Position numbers and translations under genes: made by a program. Shown in pieces: positions 47,617-61,625 of a stretch of DNA of 64,000 nt. The notes below the pieces were generated by a model. It did no database searches and was not told the DNA's origin. It saw only the letters and a program-made list of their open reading frames with translations. The DNA lies in assembly GCF_006345805.1 (NCBI RefSeq), contig NC_043003.1:21018001-21082000 (forward strand), in the 5' to 3' direction. The stretch comes from Octopus sinensis (Eukaryota). How positions within the stretch are numbered: the first letter of the stretch is position 1; the number at the start of each line of letters is the position of its first letter.

Positions 47617-50600
47617 TATATACATATACATGCATAGATGTCTGTATATTCTTTTACTTGTTTTAGTCATTAGACTGTGGCCATGCTGGGGCACATTATG
47701 GTGTGAGCATCACAACATAAACACTGTAGTGCAAAATATTAAAGTGTAACAATAAACCATGTTATAAACTCCATGATGTAAACCGTTTGGTAAAGAGCAG
47801 CAGGGTTTACTGGAAAGAAAGATATATGTAGAAATAAACAAGCAAAGACAGGATAAACTGTTTCACACTCACCTACGTCCATCTGATGCATAAATGACTT
47901 TAGATGCTACCTTGTCCTAGCAAAACAGGATTAATATAAAGTAAAGAAGCGAACAGACAAAAATGTGAAAGCAAAATATTTTTCATTTCAAAAACTATCC
48001 CATTTTTTTTTTCCTTTAATTAATTTTTGGGTTTTTATTTATCTATTTACTAGCAGTATCACCCGGCGTTGCTCGGGTTTGTAAGGGAAATAACTATAAA
48101 GCATTTTTAGAGAGTTATAGCCAAAAAATAGCAAAAAAATGGGGGAAAAAATGATGGTAAATTTTTTTTGATAGTTAAAAAGGTCGAGTTGCATCCCCTA
48201 GACCATCTGTGGTTTGTTTCTGATTGTCGACCCCATGTCGAATTATCGATCTTTTTCAGAACTGGGGGAACTTTTCAAAATGTTCGCTGCATTAGTTTTG
48301 AATTATGACATTGGGCTATGTGTGTGTCAAGTTTCATCAGAATCGGTTGAAAGCCGTGGTCAGGGTGAGGGTACAACCTGACAGACACACAGAAACACAC
48401 ACAGACAAACTGCCGTTTATATAGAGAGAGATTTCCTATAATTTCAAGTCTGAAATTATTTTCTATAATTTCAAAGTTTACTCAATGGTAGATTCTCTGT
48501 TGGTCTTCACTATGAGAATTCGGTTGTTTGTTCAACCAAATGAATTCCTACTCATGAAAATACCATACAAGTGGCTGAGTATTCCACAGACTATTTTCAG
48601 GTTGAATCAGTGTGAGACAATGTGACAAAGGTGAAATGAGAAAATTGGGAGCAGCTGTTTGGACACTGGTGATTTGGCATGGCTGATTGTGACACTGGTC
48701 TTGCTTTGATGACAGTACTTTTCATGCTGAAGACACACACACACATGCATGTGTATATGTGCAACCCACATGCACATGAATTCTACAAAGTATATTTATA
48801 TTAGACGATGAACTCAAAAAGAAGACAACACGAGAGGGCCAAGTTTTAATGAACATTATTTTAGTATAACCCTTAAAAGAAAGGAAACATCCTTGACATT
48901 TCAGTCATTAGTCCTTCATCAGCAAAATAAAAACACACTTGGCAGAAAAATATTTGGGATCAAGAAGATAATACTTACAAAAGGATAAACAAGGGCTGAA
49001 ATAATTTTCTTAAAACCTTCTGATTTTGTAACAAAATACAACTCCTTACTTGGGCTTTCATATTTTCTGGAACAGAAGGAGAAAAATATGCAGGTTGTAC
49101 TGAAAGTAATGTAAAAGCGGGTATAATCTTTTTATTAACTAACAGAAATATGATACTATAATCTTAATATGTGATCTGCAGTTTTAACTGTTTTTTGCTT
49201 TGTTAGATAGAATAAAGAGGTGACCATGGGATTGGACCTAGAAAGTTACCCTCCTAGGCACAAGTCAGGGCAAGATTGTTTGTGGAAGGCTAGCACTCAC
49301 CCATGCATACCAGACTCTCCTCTCCACACCACTGATGTTATCCAAGGGAAAGGCAAAGGCCGATACAGCTTGGCACCAGTGATGTCGCAACTCATTTCTA
49401 CAGCTGAGTTAACTGCAGCAACGTGAAATAAAGTGTCTTGCTCAAGAACACAACATGCAGCCTGGTCCGGGAATTGAACTCACAACCTCACAATCGTAAG
49501 CTCTACACTCTAACCACTGAGCCATGTGCCTTCACAGATAGTGTAATTCATTATATAAAGTAGAAAATTAGGAAAAGCTTTGAATATGGATGCATAATCA
49601 TGTGCTTAACCCTATAGTGTTTAAACGGCTAAAATATGTCACATGGTTTATGTTCAAAATGACCAGAACTGGCCAATCACACCTACTTTACAATGTCATT
49701 CTTAAAATAAGCCATCACATCACTGAAATCTGAAAGCTACAAGATAATGTGAGACCAATTCAAAACAATGTGAATAAATAAACATTACACTTGACAGAAG
49801 TTTGCCTTGAAACCTCATGGTTCCTGGTTCAATTCTATCATGTGGCATCTTGAGCAAGTGTTATCTGCTGGGACAGCTACTGCCTTGTTGAATGAAATCT
49901 GATATACTCACATAACTATTGCATAATGTGTGAAGGCATATGGCCTAGTGGTCAGAGTGTTGCACTCACTATGGCAAGAGCATGGTTTCAATTCCCAGAC
50001 TGGCTTGTTAGTTGTATTTTTTGAGTAAAACATTTCATTTTATCAATAAATCTCTGAACGAGGTATAAACAGTAACTGCATGACAGTGGGAGGTATATTT
50101 GCCATCTCAATATGGCTAACCACTAAGGGTGGGTGTTATTGTAGCTTGTAGCCCCAGGAGAACATCGTCTCCAGCTGGCTTTAGGCACACTTTCTGTGCC
50201 CTTAAGGTATTTGCAAAGAGAGTTCATCCTTCCCTGATGACCTCCTTTGCAAATACCTTAAGGGCACAGAAAGTGTGCCTAAAGCCAGCTGGAGACGATG
50301 TTCTCCTGGGGCTACAAGCTACAGTAACACCCACCCTTAGTGGTTAGCCATATTGAGATGGCAAATATACCTCTCATTTCATTTTATGTTGCTCCAGTAA
50401 ATGAGTAACCCTGTGGCAGACTGGCATTCCCTAGCTTGTTGGGTAGCATCCTTCAAAAGCTATATAATCCTTTCTACTATGGGCACAAAGCCTGAAATTT
50501 GGAGGGAAAAGAGTAAGTCAATCACATTAACCCCAGTACTCAACTGGTACTTATTTTATCAACACTGAAAGTATGAAAGGCAAAGTCAACCTTGGTGGAA

Positions 50601-51175
50601 TTTGAACTCAAAAGAAAGACAAACGAAATGCTGCTAAGCATTTTGTCCAGCATGCTAACAATTCTGCTAGCTTGTGCCTTAATCATCATCATCATCATCA
50701 TCATTTAGCGTCTGCTTTCCATGCTAGCATGGGTTGGACGGTTCAACTGGGGTCTGGGAGGCCAGAAGGCTGCACCAGGCCCAGACTGATCTGGCAAGAT
50801 TTCTACGGCTGGATGCCCTTCCTAACGCCAACCACTCCGTGAGTGTAGTGGGTGCTTTTCACGTGCCAGACAGGGCTGGCAAATGGCCACGGTTGGATGG
50901 TGCTTTTTACGTGCCACCGGCACGGGGGCTGGGCTAGGCTGTAAACGGCCACGGATAATAATAATAGTTTCAAATTTTTGCACAAGGTCAGCAATTTTGA
51001 TAACATTGGCCCCAGTGCTCAACTGGTTATTATTTTATCAACCCTGAAAGGATGAAAGGCAATGTTGACCTCAGCAGAATTTGAACTCAGAACGTTAAGA
51101 CAGACAAAATGCTGCTAACCATTTTGCCTGGCATGCTAACAGTGCTGCCAGCTCGCTGCCTTAATAATAATAATA

Positions 51176-51229
<54 letters not shown>

Positions 51230-51446
51230 TCCTTTCTACTATAGGCACAAGGCCTGAAATTTGGAGGGAAAAGAGTAAGTATATCACATCAACCCCAGTA
51301 CGCAACTGGTACTTATTTTATCGATCCTGAAAATATGAAAGGCAAAGCCAACCTTGGCGTAATTTGAACTCAAAACATGACGACAGACAAAATGCTGCTA
51401 AGCATTTTTCCTGGTAGGCTAATGATTCTGTTAACTTGCATCTTAA

Positions 51447-51488
<42 letters not shown>

Positions 51489-51904
51489 TTATAATAATAA
51501 TAGTAATAACAATAACAATAACAATAATAATAATGATAATATTGGTTTCAAATTTTTGCACAAGGCCAGCAATTTTGTGGACAGTAGTTAATAAATAACA
51601 TCAGCCTTAGTTTCCAGTCTACTCAGCTGACAAAACTGAGTAGTACTTATATTTCAAAGGACCAGCCATTTTACATTCTGTGTCACACACTGAATCTACC
51701 TGAGAACTACACTAAGGGTACATGTGTCAGTGGAGTAGAGTACTCAGCCACTTGCATGCTAATTTCACAAGCACACTATTCCATTGATCGGATCAACTGG
51801 AACCACCGTTGTCCTCATCTTCAACAAGTGTCTTGGGGAAATTTTGAACATGGGTTCTCATTCCTAAGGTATTTTTCGATGTTATTATTATTATTATTAA
51901 TAAT

Positions 51905-51936
<32 letters not shown>

Positions 51937-53239
51937 TTATTATTCAGGTCACTGCCTGGAATTGAACTTGGAATTTTGGTGTTAGTAGCCCAAACTCTTA
52001 ACCACTACACCATTATGTAAATAATGTAAATAATGTACATAATTCCTCATCTCTTAAATATAGGCATAGGAGTTGCTGTGTGGTAAGTAGCTTGCTTATG
52101 AACCACATGGTTCCGGGTTCAGTTTCACTGCATAGCACCTTGGGCAAGTGTCCTCTACTATAGCCTCAGGCCAACCAAAGCCTTGTGAGTGGATTTGATA
52201 GACAGAAACTGAAAGAAGCTCATCGTATATATATGTATGTGTGTGTATATGTTTGTGTGTCTGTGTTTGTTCCCCCTCACATCACTTGACAACTGATGCT
52301 GGTGTATTTACGTCCCCATAACTTAGCGGTTCAGCAAAAGAGACCGTTAGAATAAGCACTAGGCTTACAAAGAATAAATTCTGGGGTCGATTTGCTCGAC
52401 CAAAGGCGGTGCTCCAGCATGGCCACAGTCAAATGACTGAAACAAGTAAAAGAGAGTAACTGTGGAACCATTGTTGTGTGCTTAACAACAGAGTACCAGT
52501 TTTTTTTTATGTACCCCATGGTACCCCAATCCATGGAAACCTATGAAATCAATCTGTGGTGCAAACAAAATATTTGTGGAGTGCAGCTATAGAATACTTA
52601 CATCAATTTGCTCATCAAATGTCCATCAGAGCACATTATTTGTACTGCCAAAAGCACAGCATCAAGGATCCTAGGAGGAGTAAAATCAATCACCTGTAAA
52701 TTAAATGAAACAACAACAGCTATCAATGATAGACTCTTCATAGGTGCCCTAACCCTAATGGTAGTGTGCTATGATATATTTCTTTACTACCCACAAGGGG
52801 CTAAACACAGAGGAGACAAACAAGGACAGACAAACAAGGACAGACAAATGGATTAAGTCGATTATATTGACCCCGGTGCGTAACTGGTACTTAATTTATC
52901 GACCCCGAAAGGATGAAAGGCGAAGTCGACCTCGAGGTGGTGTGCTATGATAGTTTGCTTCCCAGCCATATGGTTCTGGGTTCAATCCAACTGCATGGCA
53001 CCTTGAGCAAGTGTCTTTTACTATAGTCCCAGACCAAGAAAGGCCTCTCCCAATCATTGTACTGTGATCATGTTGGGAAACTACCTTGAAGGATTTTAGT
53101 CGAACAAATTCAGCACTTACATTTTAAGGCTGGTTCTTATTCTATTTGACTCTTTTGCCAAAGTACTGAGTTACAGGGATATAAATAAACCAACAGTAGT
53201 TGTCAAGCAATGATGGGGACAAACATGAATCCAAGCATG

Positions 53240-53277
<38 letters not shown>

Positions 53278-53691
53278 CACACATATAGATGTACATATGT
53301 GTAAGCACTTGTGCCAGTGGCATATAAAAAGCACCTTTCGAGCACTGGGCCTCATGGAGGCAATAACAACTGACCGAGACCTTTGGTAACATGCTGTCCT
53401 TGTGGAGAAGACCCATCCAGCCAACTGAAATTGTAGTCATGGCAGATACTGGTGTCACACAACTGACACCTATGCTGGTGGAAAGTAAAAGCATTCATTA
53501 CATTCTTGGAGTGGTTGGTGTTAAGAAGGGCATGAAGCTGTAGGAACCATGCCAAATCAGACTGGAGTCTGGTGCAGCCCCTCAGGTTATCAGCCCTGGT
53601 TGAACCATCCAACCCATGCCAGCATGGACAACAGATATTATATGATGATGATGATGGATGAGGACGAATATAACACACACACGCACGCACA

Positions 53692-53739
<48 letters not shown>

Positions 53740-54412
53740 ACACACACACACATATATATACTTCAGATATGAAACCACATATGGACTGTAGGCAATTTTC
53801 CTTCTTCTTTAGACTTTTCCCTTTTTCTTTTCTGTCAAAGAGCCATATATGAAATGTTAAAAACTCTCTCCTTTCACCGAGCGTTAAACTAACATAATTC
53901 TTGTGCATATCCTCACATTTGTAGTTTTCCCTCTTTTACTCTTTATGTTTTTTATTCCTTTTTTGAATTGTTTGTTTGTTGAATTGACTATATGTATATG
54001 ATGAGCTTCTTTCAATTTTCATCTACTAAATCTGCTCACAAGGCTACGGTTGGCCCTAAGCAATAGTAGAAGACATTTGCCCAAGGTGCCATACAGTGGA
54101 ACTGAACCCAGTACCCTTTGGTTGGGAAGCAAATAACTGAAGCAAGTAAAAGAATGAAAGAATAATTTGTTTTCTTTGTAGTTTACTTCATAACTTCTTG
54201 TATTCTTCTAGCTTTACCTAACAAGTCTCTTTAAAATAATAACATTCTTACCGTATGCCCTTTGGCTTCCAATGCTTTCTTTGCTAAATGAACTGCTCTA
54301 CGGCAGGCTGGGGTAGCACTAACTAAATTATCAGTCTCATAATATCCAATCCGCAGTTTTCTCTTGCCATCAAACAACTGAAAAGTAACAGAAAATATAT
54401 TTGTTATTATTA

Positions 54413-54444
<32 letters not shown>

Positions 54445-57400
54445 GAGTGAGCGAGCAGAGCATGCCATCAAAGTGACACTGGGGTAAAATATACAAAGCC
54501 CAGTATACCCATCATGACTACCCGTCTGATAAGGGTACACCAGGCACATGCATCATAACCATATGTGCGCGACATGGTGATCTCAAATCAAGATAAACAG
54601 CACATGACCTTGCAGGTGGAGCCCAGTTAGAATTTTCTTCAGATCGAGTAACTCATCCCGCTCAAAAGGTCCCTGAATAAGGGTTGTTTAAGGACGTTGA
54701 ACGAAACACCCATGTTTCCAGAGGTGAATTATTCAAACCCCAACGGATCCTTCTCAACACATGGCTATGATGCTCCCCCACTACTTCTGCTCGTGATCAG
54801 AGATGCACATATCGTCAGCCACTAAGGGACATGCTCAACTGGTTAAGGTCAAACAACTGACAAGCAAATCTGTGGTATTGAGCAGAATATTTGCTGTAGC
54901 CCATCTTTTATACCAAGATGGGCTACAGCATATCGTTATTATTATTATTATTATCATTATTATTATTATTATTATTATCATTATTACTATTATTATCTTT
55001 TATCTTTTACTTGTTTCACACATCAAACAAAAAAAAGAATGAATAAATCTATGAAAATCAAGAAAAATCATTCTTTACATGATTCTGGAATACTGTAGGG
55101 GATATTTGGGGATCCATTTCAAAGACTTCCTGAGAAAACAATGCTTTTGTTGCCATAACCAAACCATCAGCAGTCTGTGCCATTGGGCCCACGGAAGTCT
55201 GAACTGTAATTAAAAAAATAATGCTATTAATTAAATAAACAACAGTAATTAAACAAACAATTTATCATTATAAATAGAATTGTTATATGCAGGAATAATT
55301 GTTTGGTGTGATTCAGGTTTTGGTCACAACAGGCAGCAACACAAGAAAATGTCTGCTACCAAAACTACAATAAATAGAGGTGGGTAAAATGACAACTAGA
55401 CCAAGTACTGAGTTGGTATAATCAGCTGAAAGTACTGTGAGTGGTGCCCCAATGTGGTTGTAGACCATAGGTTACAAGCAGAAAAGGAACATCTGAGAAA
55501 TTTACAAAAAAAAAAAAAAAATTGATGTTGTTCAACCTTAGTTTAGTTTTAATCAAACAAAACAATAATGAAAACCATTCTGCCCATATCCGTCCCGTCT
55601 TTTATTTAGACATAGTATATTTGGACTATATTATCTGATACATCCTTCCACTTTGAAAGTATGCTTAGGGATTGATTTGTGACCCAGAGCTGAGGATTGG
55701 GCTGTTATCTGTGACCAAGAGATTTTACAGAACATTACAACCTAATTTTCTTTAAGAAACTGAACACACAATTACTATATGGTGTGTCCATAAACTCATG
55801 GTGGGATTTCAAAATTATTTTATTCAGCATGTATATAAAATCTGTAGTGTTGCAAGTTATAAATAGTTTTGAAATCCCACCATGGACACACTGTATATAT
55901 GACACACTATATATTCATGGACACACTGCCACACTGTATATATGACAAGACTCTCAATCTCTTCTCTTTCTCTCTCTCTCTCTCTTTAAACATATGGATT
56001 TGTACCTTTCTTTGAAGTCAGCTGCAAAAACTAGGCTTTACCAATCCCTGAACATCACTCATATCTCTTCTCTTGCACACTACATCTGATTCTTCTTATG
56101 CACAATTTTGATCTCAACACATTTGAAGTTTATTTTACATACAGATGGTTTGACACTCCACCAATCATGCATGCTGACATTGCACATACTGTAGGGCATG
56201 CTTACTTCATTTCTTTCCAATCTTACAGATCCTTCACATTCTGGGTCCACATCTCACTACTGCGTAGTATTGCAGCTCATACACAAGCATCATACAGTCT
56301 GCCTTTCACTCAGCTACAGAAACCTTTTGCTGTTGACAGCAGAACTAGAATAAAAGATTCCTGAACTTTCTCCATTCTGTTTTTTCTCTGGTTGTTCTTC
56401 TGTGAGAACATATTCCATCAGTGCTGATTAGGTTACCTAGATAACAGAAGCTATCAACTGTCTCTAGGGATGCTCCAAGACATTTCAAAACATCTATTTT
56501 CTGTGCACTCTTAAGAGTTTATTGCCTCAGCAAATCTATCACATACAAAGACTTCTTCCTCTGTTAATCTGCCTATGATTTCACTACACCTCTAGTGTGT
56601 CTATAGCTTGCATTGGGCATATCATATCGAATTTCTATCCATTCATTTTGTATATAACACACATGGTTATTTCCTTGGTGGTAGTAAGGTTGTTTTCTTT
56701 CCATACATGCCAAAATTTCAGTCTTTGCTAAGTTAACTTTGGGGAAGCTTTGAGTCTAGGTTTTATTTTCACCTCAGAATCCCTTCCCTAATCCTACTAT
56801 GGAGAACATGGTCAACAGAATATGACTGTTTCCACAGGTATCCAGTCTTAAATGCCTTCATTAAGGCCCTAAAGACTCTGTTACATAGAAAGGACTGAGC
56901 ACAGAGCCCTAGTAGACCCTACTTATGTACTAAATTCATTACTGTACTCATTGCTAATTCTCATCATGTTGACAGCAACCTTGTACATGGCTTGTACAGA
57001 TCTCACATTCATCTGCCCCTAGCTTTCGCAGCACCTCCAGATCATCAAGTGAAGGTCTGTGTTGAAGTCTTACTCCTGGTTAACAAATGTCAGGTACAGT
57101 GGCTTACTCCTAGCCAGGTAGCTCTCCTGTTGTCTCACAAGAAAGATTGCATCAATAGAATGAAGATCCAATTAGTAAGGTATGTAGAATTAAAGACAGA
57201 ACTCAGAATCAGAGAGCAGAGTATCTTATCTATACTGGCACTATGTTGTCATGGTTTAAGCCCTGGTCAGCACACCCATTTCAGAATATTGAAACTGTGA
57301 GAAGATGCATGGCTTAGTGGTTAGTGTATTTCACTCACAATCATACAGTCATGAGTTCAATACCAAGTGACGCATTATGTCCTTGAGCAAGACACTTTAT

Positions 57401-58779
57401 TTCACATTGCTCCAGTCCACTCTGCTGGCAAAAGGGAGTTGTACCTGTAATTGAAAAGGCCAGCCTCATCCCATTCTGAGTCACACTGAATCACCCTGAG
57501 AACTGCATTAAGAGTATGCATGTCTGAGGACTACTCAGCCACTTGGATGCTAATTTCTTGAGCAGACTGTTCCATTAATAGGCTCAACTGGAACCCTTAT
57601 TGTCATAACCAACCAAGTGCCAGTTATTGAAACTATAACCATCTTCTGACAGAGCACATCTATGATAAGACATTTTAACTGTAAGTATCTTGTCATTGTT
57701 TTTCAAACAACATGTGTGGCCGTTGCCAGCCTCCCCTGGCACCTGTGCCGGTGGCACGTAAAAAGCACCATCCGTATGTGGTCGATGCCAGCGCCACCTC
57801 GACTGGCTTCCATGCCGGTGGCATGTAAAAAGCACCAACCAATAGTGGCTGTTGCCAGCCTCCCCTGGCACCTGTGCCGGTAGCACGTAAAAATCACCCA
57901 CTACACTCATGGAGTAGTAGGCGTTAGGGAGGGCATCCAGCTGTAGAAACACTGCCAGATCAGACTGGAGCCTGGTGCAGCCTCCTGGCTTCCCAGACCC
58001 CATTCGAACTGTCCAACCCATGCTAGCATGTTAAACAATGATGATGATGATGATGATGTGTCTAGGACTACATTTATCCAATGTCCTTTCTATCTTTTTA
58101 AGATGGTGGAGTAAGATTTAAAGGTGATTTAACTGCTATTTCTAGCTTGTTTTGAGACTCATCCTTTAGACCACATCATTGAGTTTATGTAAATAAATGA
58201 AAACATGAAAGAAAAGTAATATTATTCTTACTCAGAATTTGTTCTTTGACTGGTTTATAGGTACTTCCTAACCTATAATTGAAATAAAAAATTAAATCTA
58301 TCAAAATCAATTAATCAATCAATTAATTAGTGAATTAATCAATTACAATCTGACATTGATATGACATTATATAAAAAAAACCAATAGAAACAAAAATATA
58401 AATCAAAATTTTTGAAGTCATTATATTTAAGCATTTACAATAGAAAAAAATAATACATTTAACATCAACCACACATAAAGAACATGGAATATTGTACTCC
58501 TTATTTAACCTGGTGATTGTTAGCTTGGGTCCATATAAGATTTTGTTGTTAAAATTTATTTGCAATAAATTACATATACAATACACAGAATATTTTAACA
58601 ATTATATATATACAGGAGTGGCTGTGTGGTAAGTAGCTTACTTACCAACCACATGGTTCTGGGTTCATTCCCACTACATGGCACCTTGGGCAAGTGTCTT
58701 CTACTATAGCCTCGGGCCGACCAAAGCCTTGTGAGTGGATTTGGTAGACGGAAACTGAAAGAAGCCCGTTGTATATATG

Positions 58780-58834
<55 letters not shown>

Positions 58835-59247
58835 TTGTGTGTCTGTGTTTGTCCCCCCAACATTGCTTGACAACCGATGGTGGTGTGTTTACATCCCTGT
58901 AACTTAGCAGTTCGGCAAAAGAGACCGACAGAATAAGTACTAGGCTTCCAAAAAATAAGCCCTGGGGTCGATTTTCTCGACTAAACGTGGTGCTCCAGCA
59001 TGGCCGCAGTCAAATGACTGAAACAAGTAAAATAGAAGAGATTTTACTTGTTTCAGTCATTAGACTGTGGCCATGCTTGGGCACTACCTTGAAGAATTTT
59101 GAGTTGACTGTATTGATCACTGTACTTATTTTTATAAAGCCAAGTACTTAATCTATCAGTTGGTTTTGGCAAACCATTAAGTTATGGGGACATAAATACA
59201 CCAACACATAGACATACGCATACATGTATGCATGTGTGTATATATAC

Positions 59248-59284
<37 letters not shown>

Positions 59285-61591
59285 CATACAGGAAGAAGAA
59301 GAAAATGGAGATATTGAAGTTAATAAGAGTTTATTATCAGCAACAAATTAAGTATTATCCCATACAGCTGTTTCAATAATGGACAGTGAAATTAATTAAA
59401 TATTAAATTCATATTTCTGAGCAGAATCTCTTCAGAAGAAAGAAATAATACCCTTAGATATTTTGTGTGTTTGTTTGTAGACACATCACAGCAGACTGAA
59501 TGATATTGTTTATGATTTATATCTATGTGTCCGGATGAGAGGTTTGCATTTTCTTCTTCCTTTACATGAATATAAACTATGGTTTATATACAAACCTATC
59601 ATCTTAAGGATATAAATTCTCCTAAAAATATTAGGTATTGAACCAGTATTTCTTTGGATTATACCATCCTTTCATGAGGCTAACATAATCTTTAACTGAA
59701 TTCTATAAACTAATTTTATTTATTGCTACAGTAATAAAAATACATATGTAAGGACTATACTGGTAAAATGGAGGTAATTAGAATCAACACTTCTTTAAAA
59801 GATATAATCATACCTCCTAAAATATCTATACGAAAGAACTTATTTAAAAAACTAATGAATTTGTAGCATACAACTTGGAGGAAATTCCTCTCTCTCTCTG
59901 TTATATATACATGAATATGGATGTAGTAGATAACAGCTAGCCTTCGGCCGCCCTTTTGCACCCTGTTGTGTCCACAACTCTGATTGGTTGATATTGGCGC
60001 AATTTGTCTCTTGCTCTATTGTGTGCCAATATGCAACCCAGCCAACTGCAGCATTCTGACAAGGTCACATGAGACAGTTTCTTCTAAACTTCTGGTAAGC
60101 GATAGCACATTATAGAACTGTAGCTTCACTCCATCTCAATGTCTTTCGGTTCCAGATCTTTAAGGTCTAGCCACTGACCACACAGCCAGTTCCAGAGACA
60201 ACACAACAGCAGCCACAAGAAGACTCAACTTCATGCAGCAGCGTTCAGGACCTCCATCTCTGTCGCCATCATCTTCTTAATGTTGTCAACAACATTTCTC
60301 TACGTACACAGCAACCAGCAACACTTGCACTGGTTCTATCTCATCACTGTTTGTAAATTACTTCACCATGGTTAACAGCAAATACAACCTGTGAGAACTC
60401 CTGTAACAAGTAACCGGCTCTGCATCATAGCCATGGCTTCACGTACGACATGTACCTCAACTGGCTCTGCATTACAGCCACAACTTCTTGTTATAACACT
60501 TCAACTATCGTGTACCTTGACTACAAACTGATATTTATCATCCTTATGTCTGAACATTCTTCTAACGTCATATTATAGACTCTTTCAATGATCTGTACTT
60601 TATGCACACACATACACTTTGTATACATGACAGCCTGTCTATTATTATGTATATATGACGCATACACACACTTGTTAACATATAAATATAATCTTCTCTT
60701 AAACATTCTACCCGGTTGTGTGTCTCTTTTCCTTCTGGCTCTTATATGCATTTATCCTTTTCATATTTATTGAATCGACTGTGTGGTGTACTAAAAGAGC
60801 CATTATCTTCACCTCTCATTTACAAATTCATCTGCAAACTCAGATGGCAAGCCTTGCACTTCGATGACAAACATGACACACAAAACATAAATATCAACAG
60901 TGAAATGGATAATATTTCTAAAAACTTCAAAACCAAGAAAATCTCACAACCTAACCACCACTTCTGCGCTATCAAACAAGAACTTTGGACTTGTTTAAAT
61001 GTCAGCTAACTTCTTGATTTAAGATTTCCTTTACCAAATCTCATTATATTGTTTCAAATTAATCTTGATAGTTTTATGACCATAACCACTATGATTTCTG
61101 TCAACTCACTCAGCCCCCTTCCTAACATACATTGCTCCTTATTTTTGGCCTTAGATTCTGATATACAAAGATTTGATAAACAAGTCTATAAATTAAAAGC
61201 TCACCCATCAATTTCAGTCAAATTTAGTTAATATATACTTAAACTGTTTAAATACTACATAAATAATACTTTTATAAACAAACCTGAAATTGACTGAAAT
61301 TTTGCAAGGAGCCATGAAAGCATTGATTTGTGGGTTCGATTCAGCCTGAGGTTAGCTCATCAGTCATTTGTTTATATTTAAAAATTGTTGCTTTAAAATT
61401 GGAGAATGAATATCATTATGATATATATTATATACAGTTATTGTACAGTTATTATATTATGAGCCTTCCATAGTAGCTTTCTCTCTGTAATTCGCAAAGC
61501 CTTTCAGGTTTGTTTATAAAAATATTATTTACATATGTATATATGCTAGCATGGAAAGCGGGTGCTAAATGACGATGATGATGATGATGAT

Positions 61592-61625
<34 letters not shown>

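Noticed and set aside
52608-52856. Plus-strand 82-aa ORF
   Set aside because: Antisense shadow of the 92-nt FAAH exon running into a SINE.
59596-59621. 26-nt AG...GT segment (minus strand) with the right phases to be a FAAH micro-exon; also ORF 59755-59961
   Set aside because: The 41-nt exon at 58232-58272 fits the expected length and sequence better; neither alternative resembles FAAH.
60480-61260. Possible minus-strand retroelement or endonuclease remnant
   Set aside because: Only vague, stop-ridden similarity; not assignable without a profile search.
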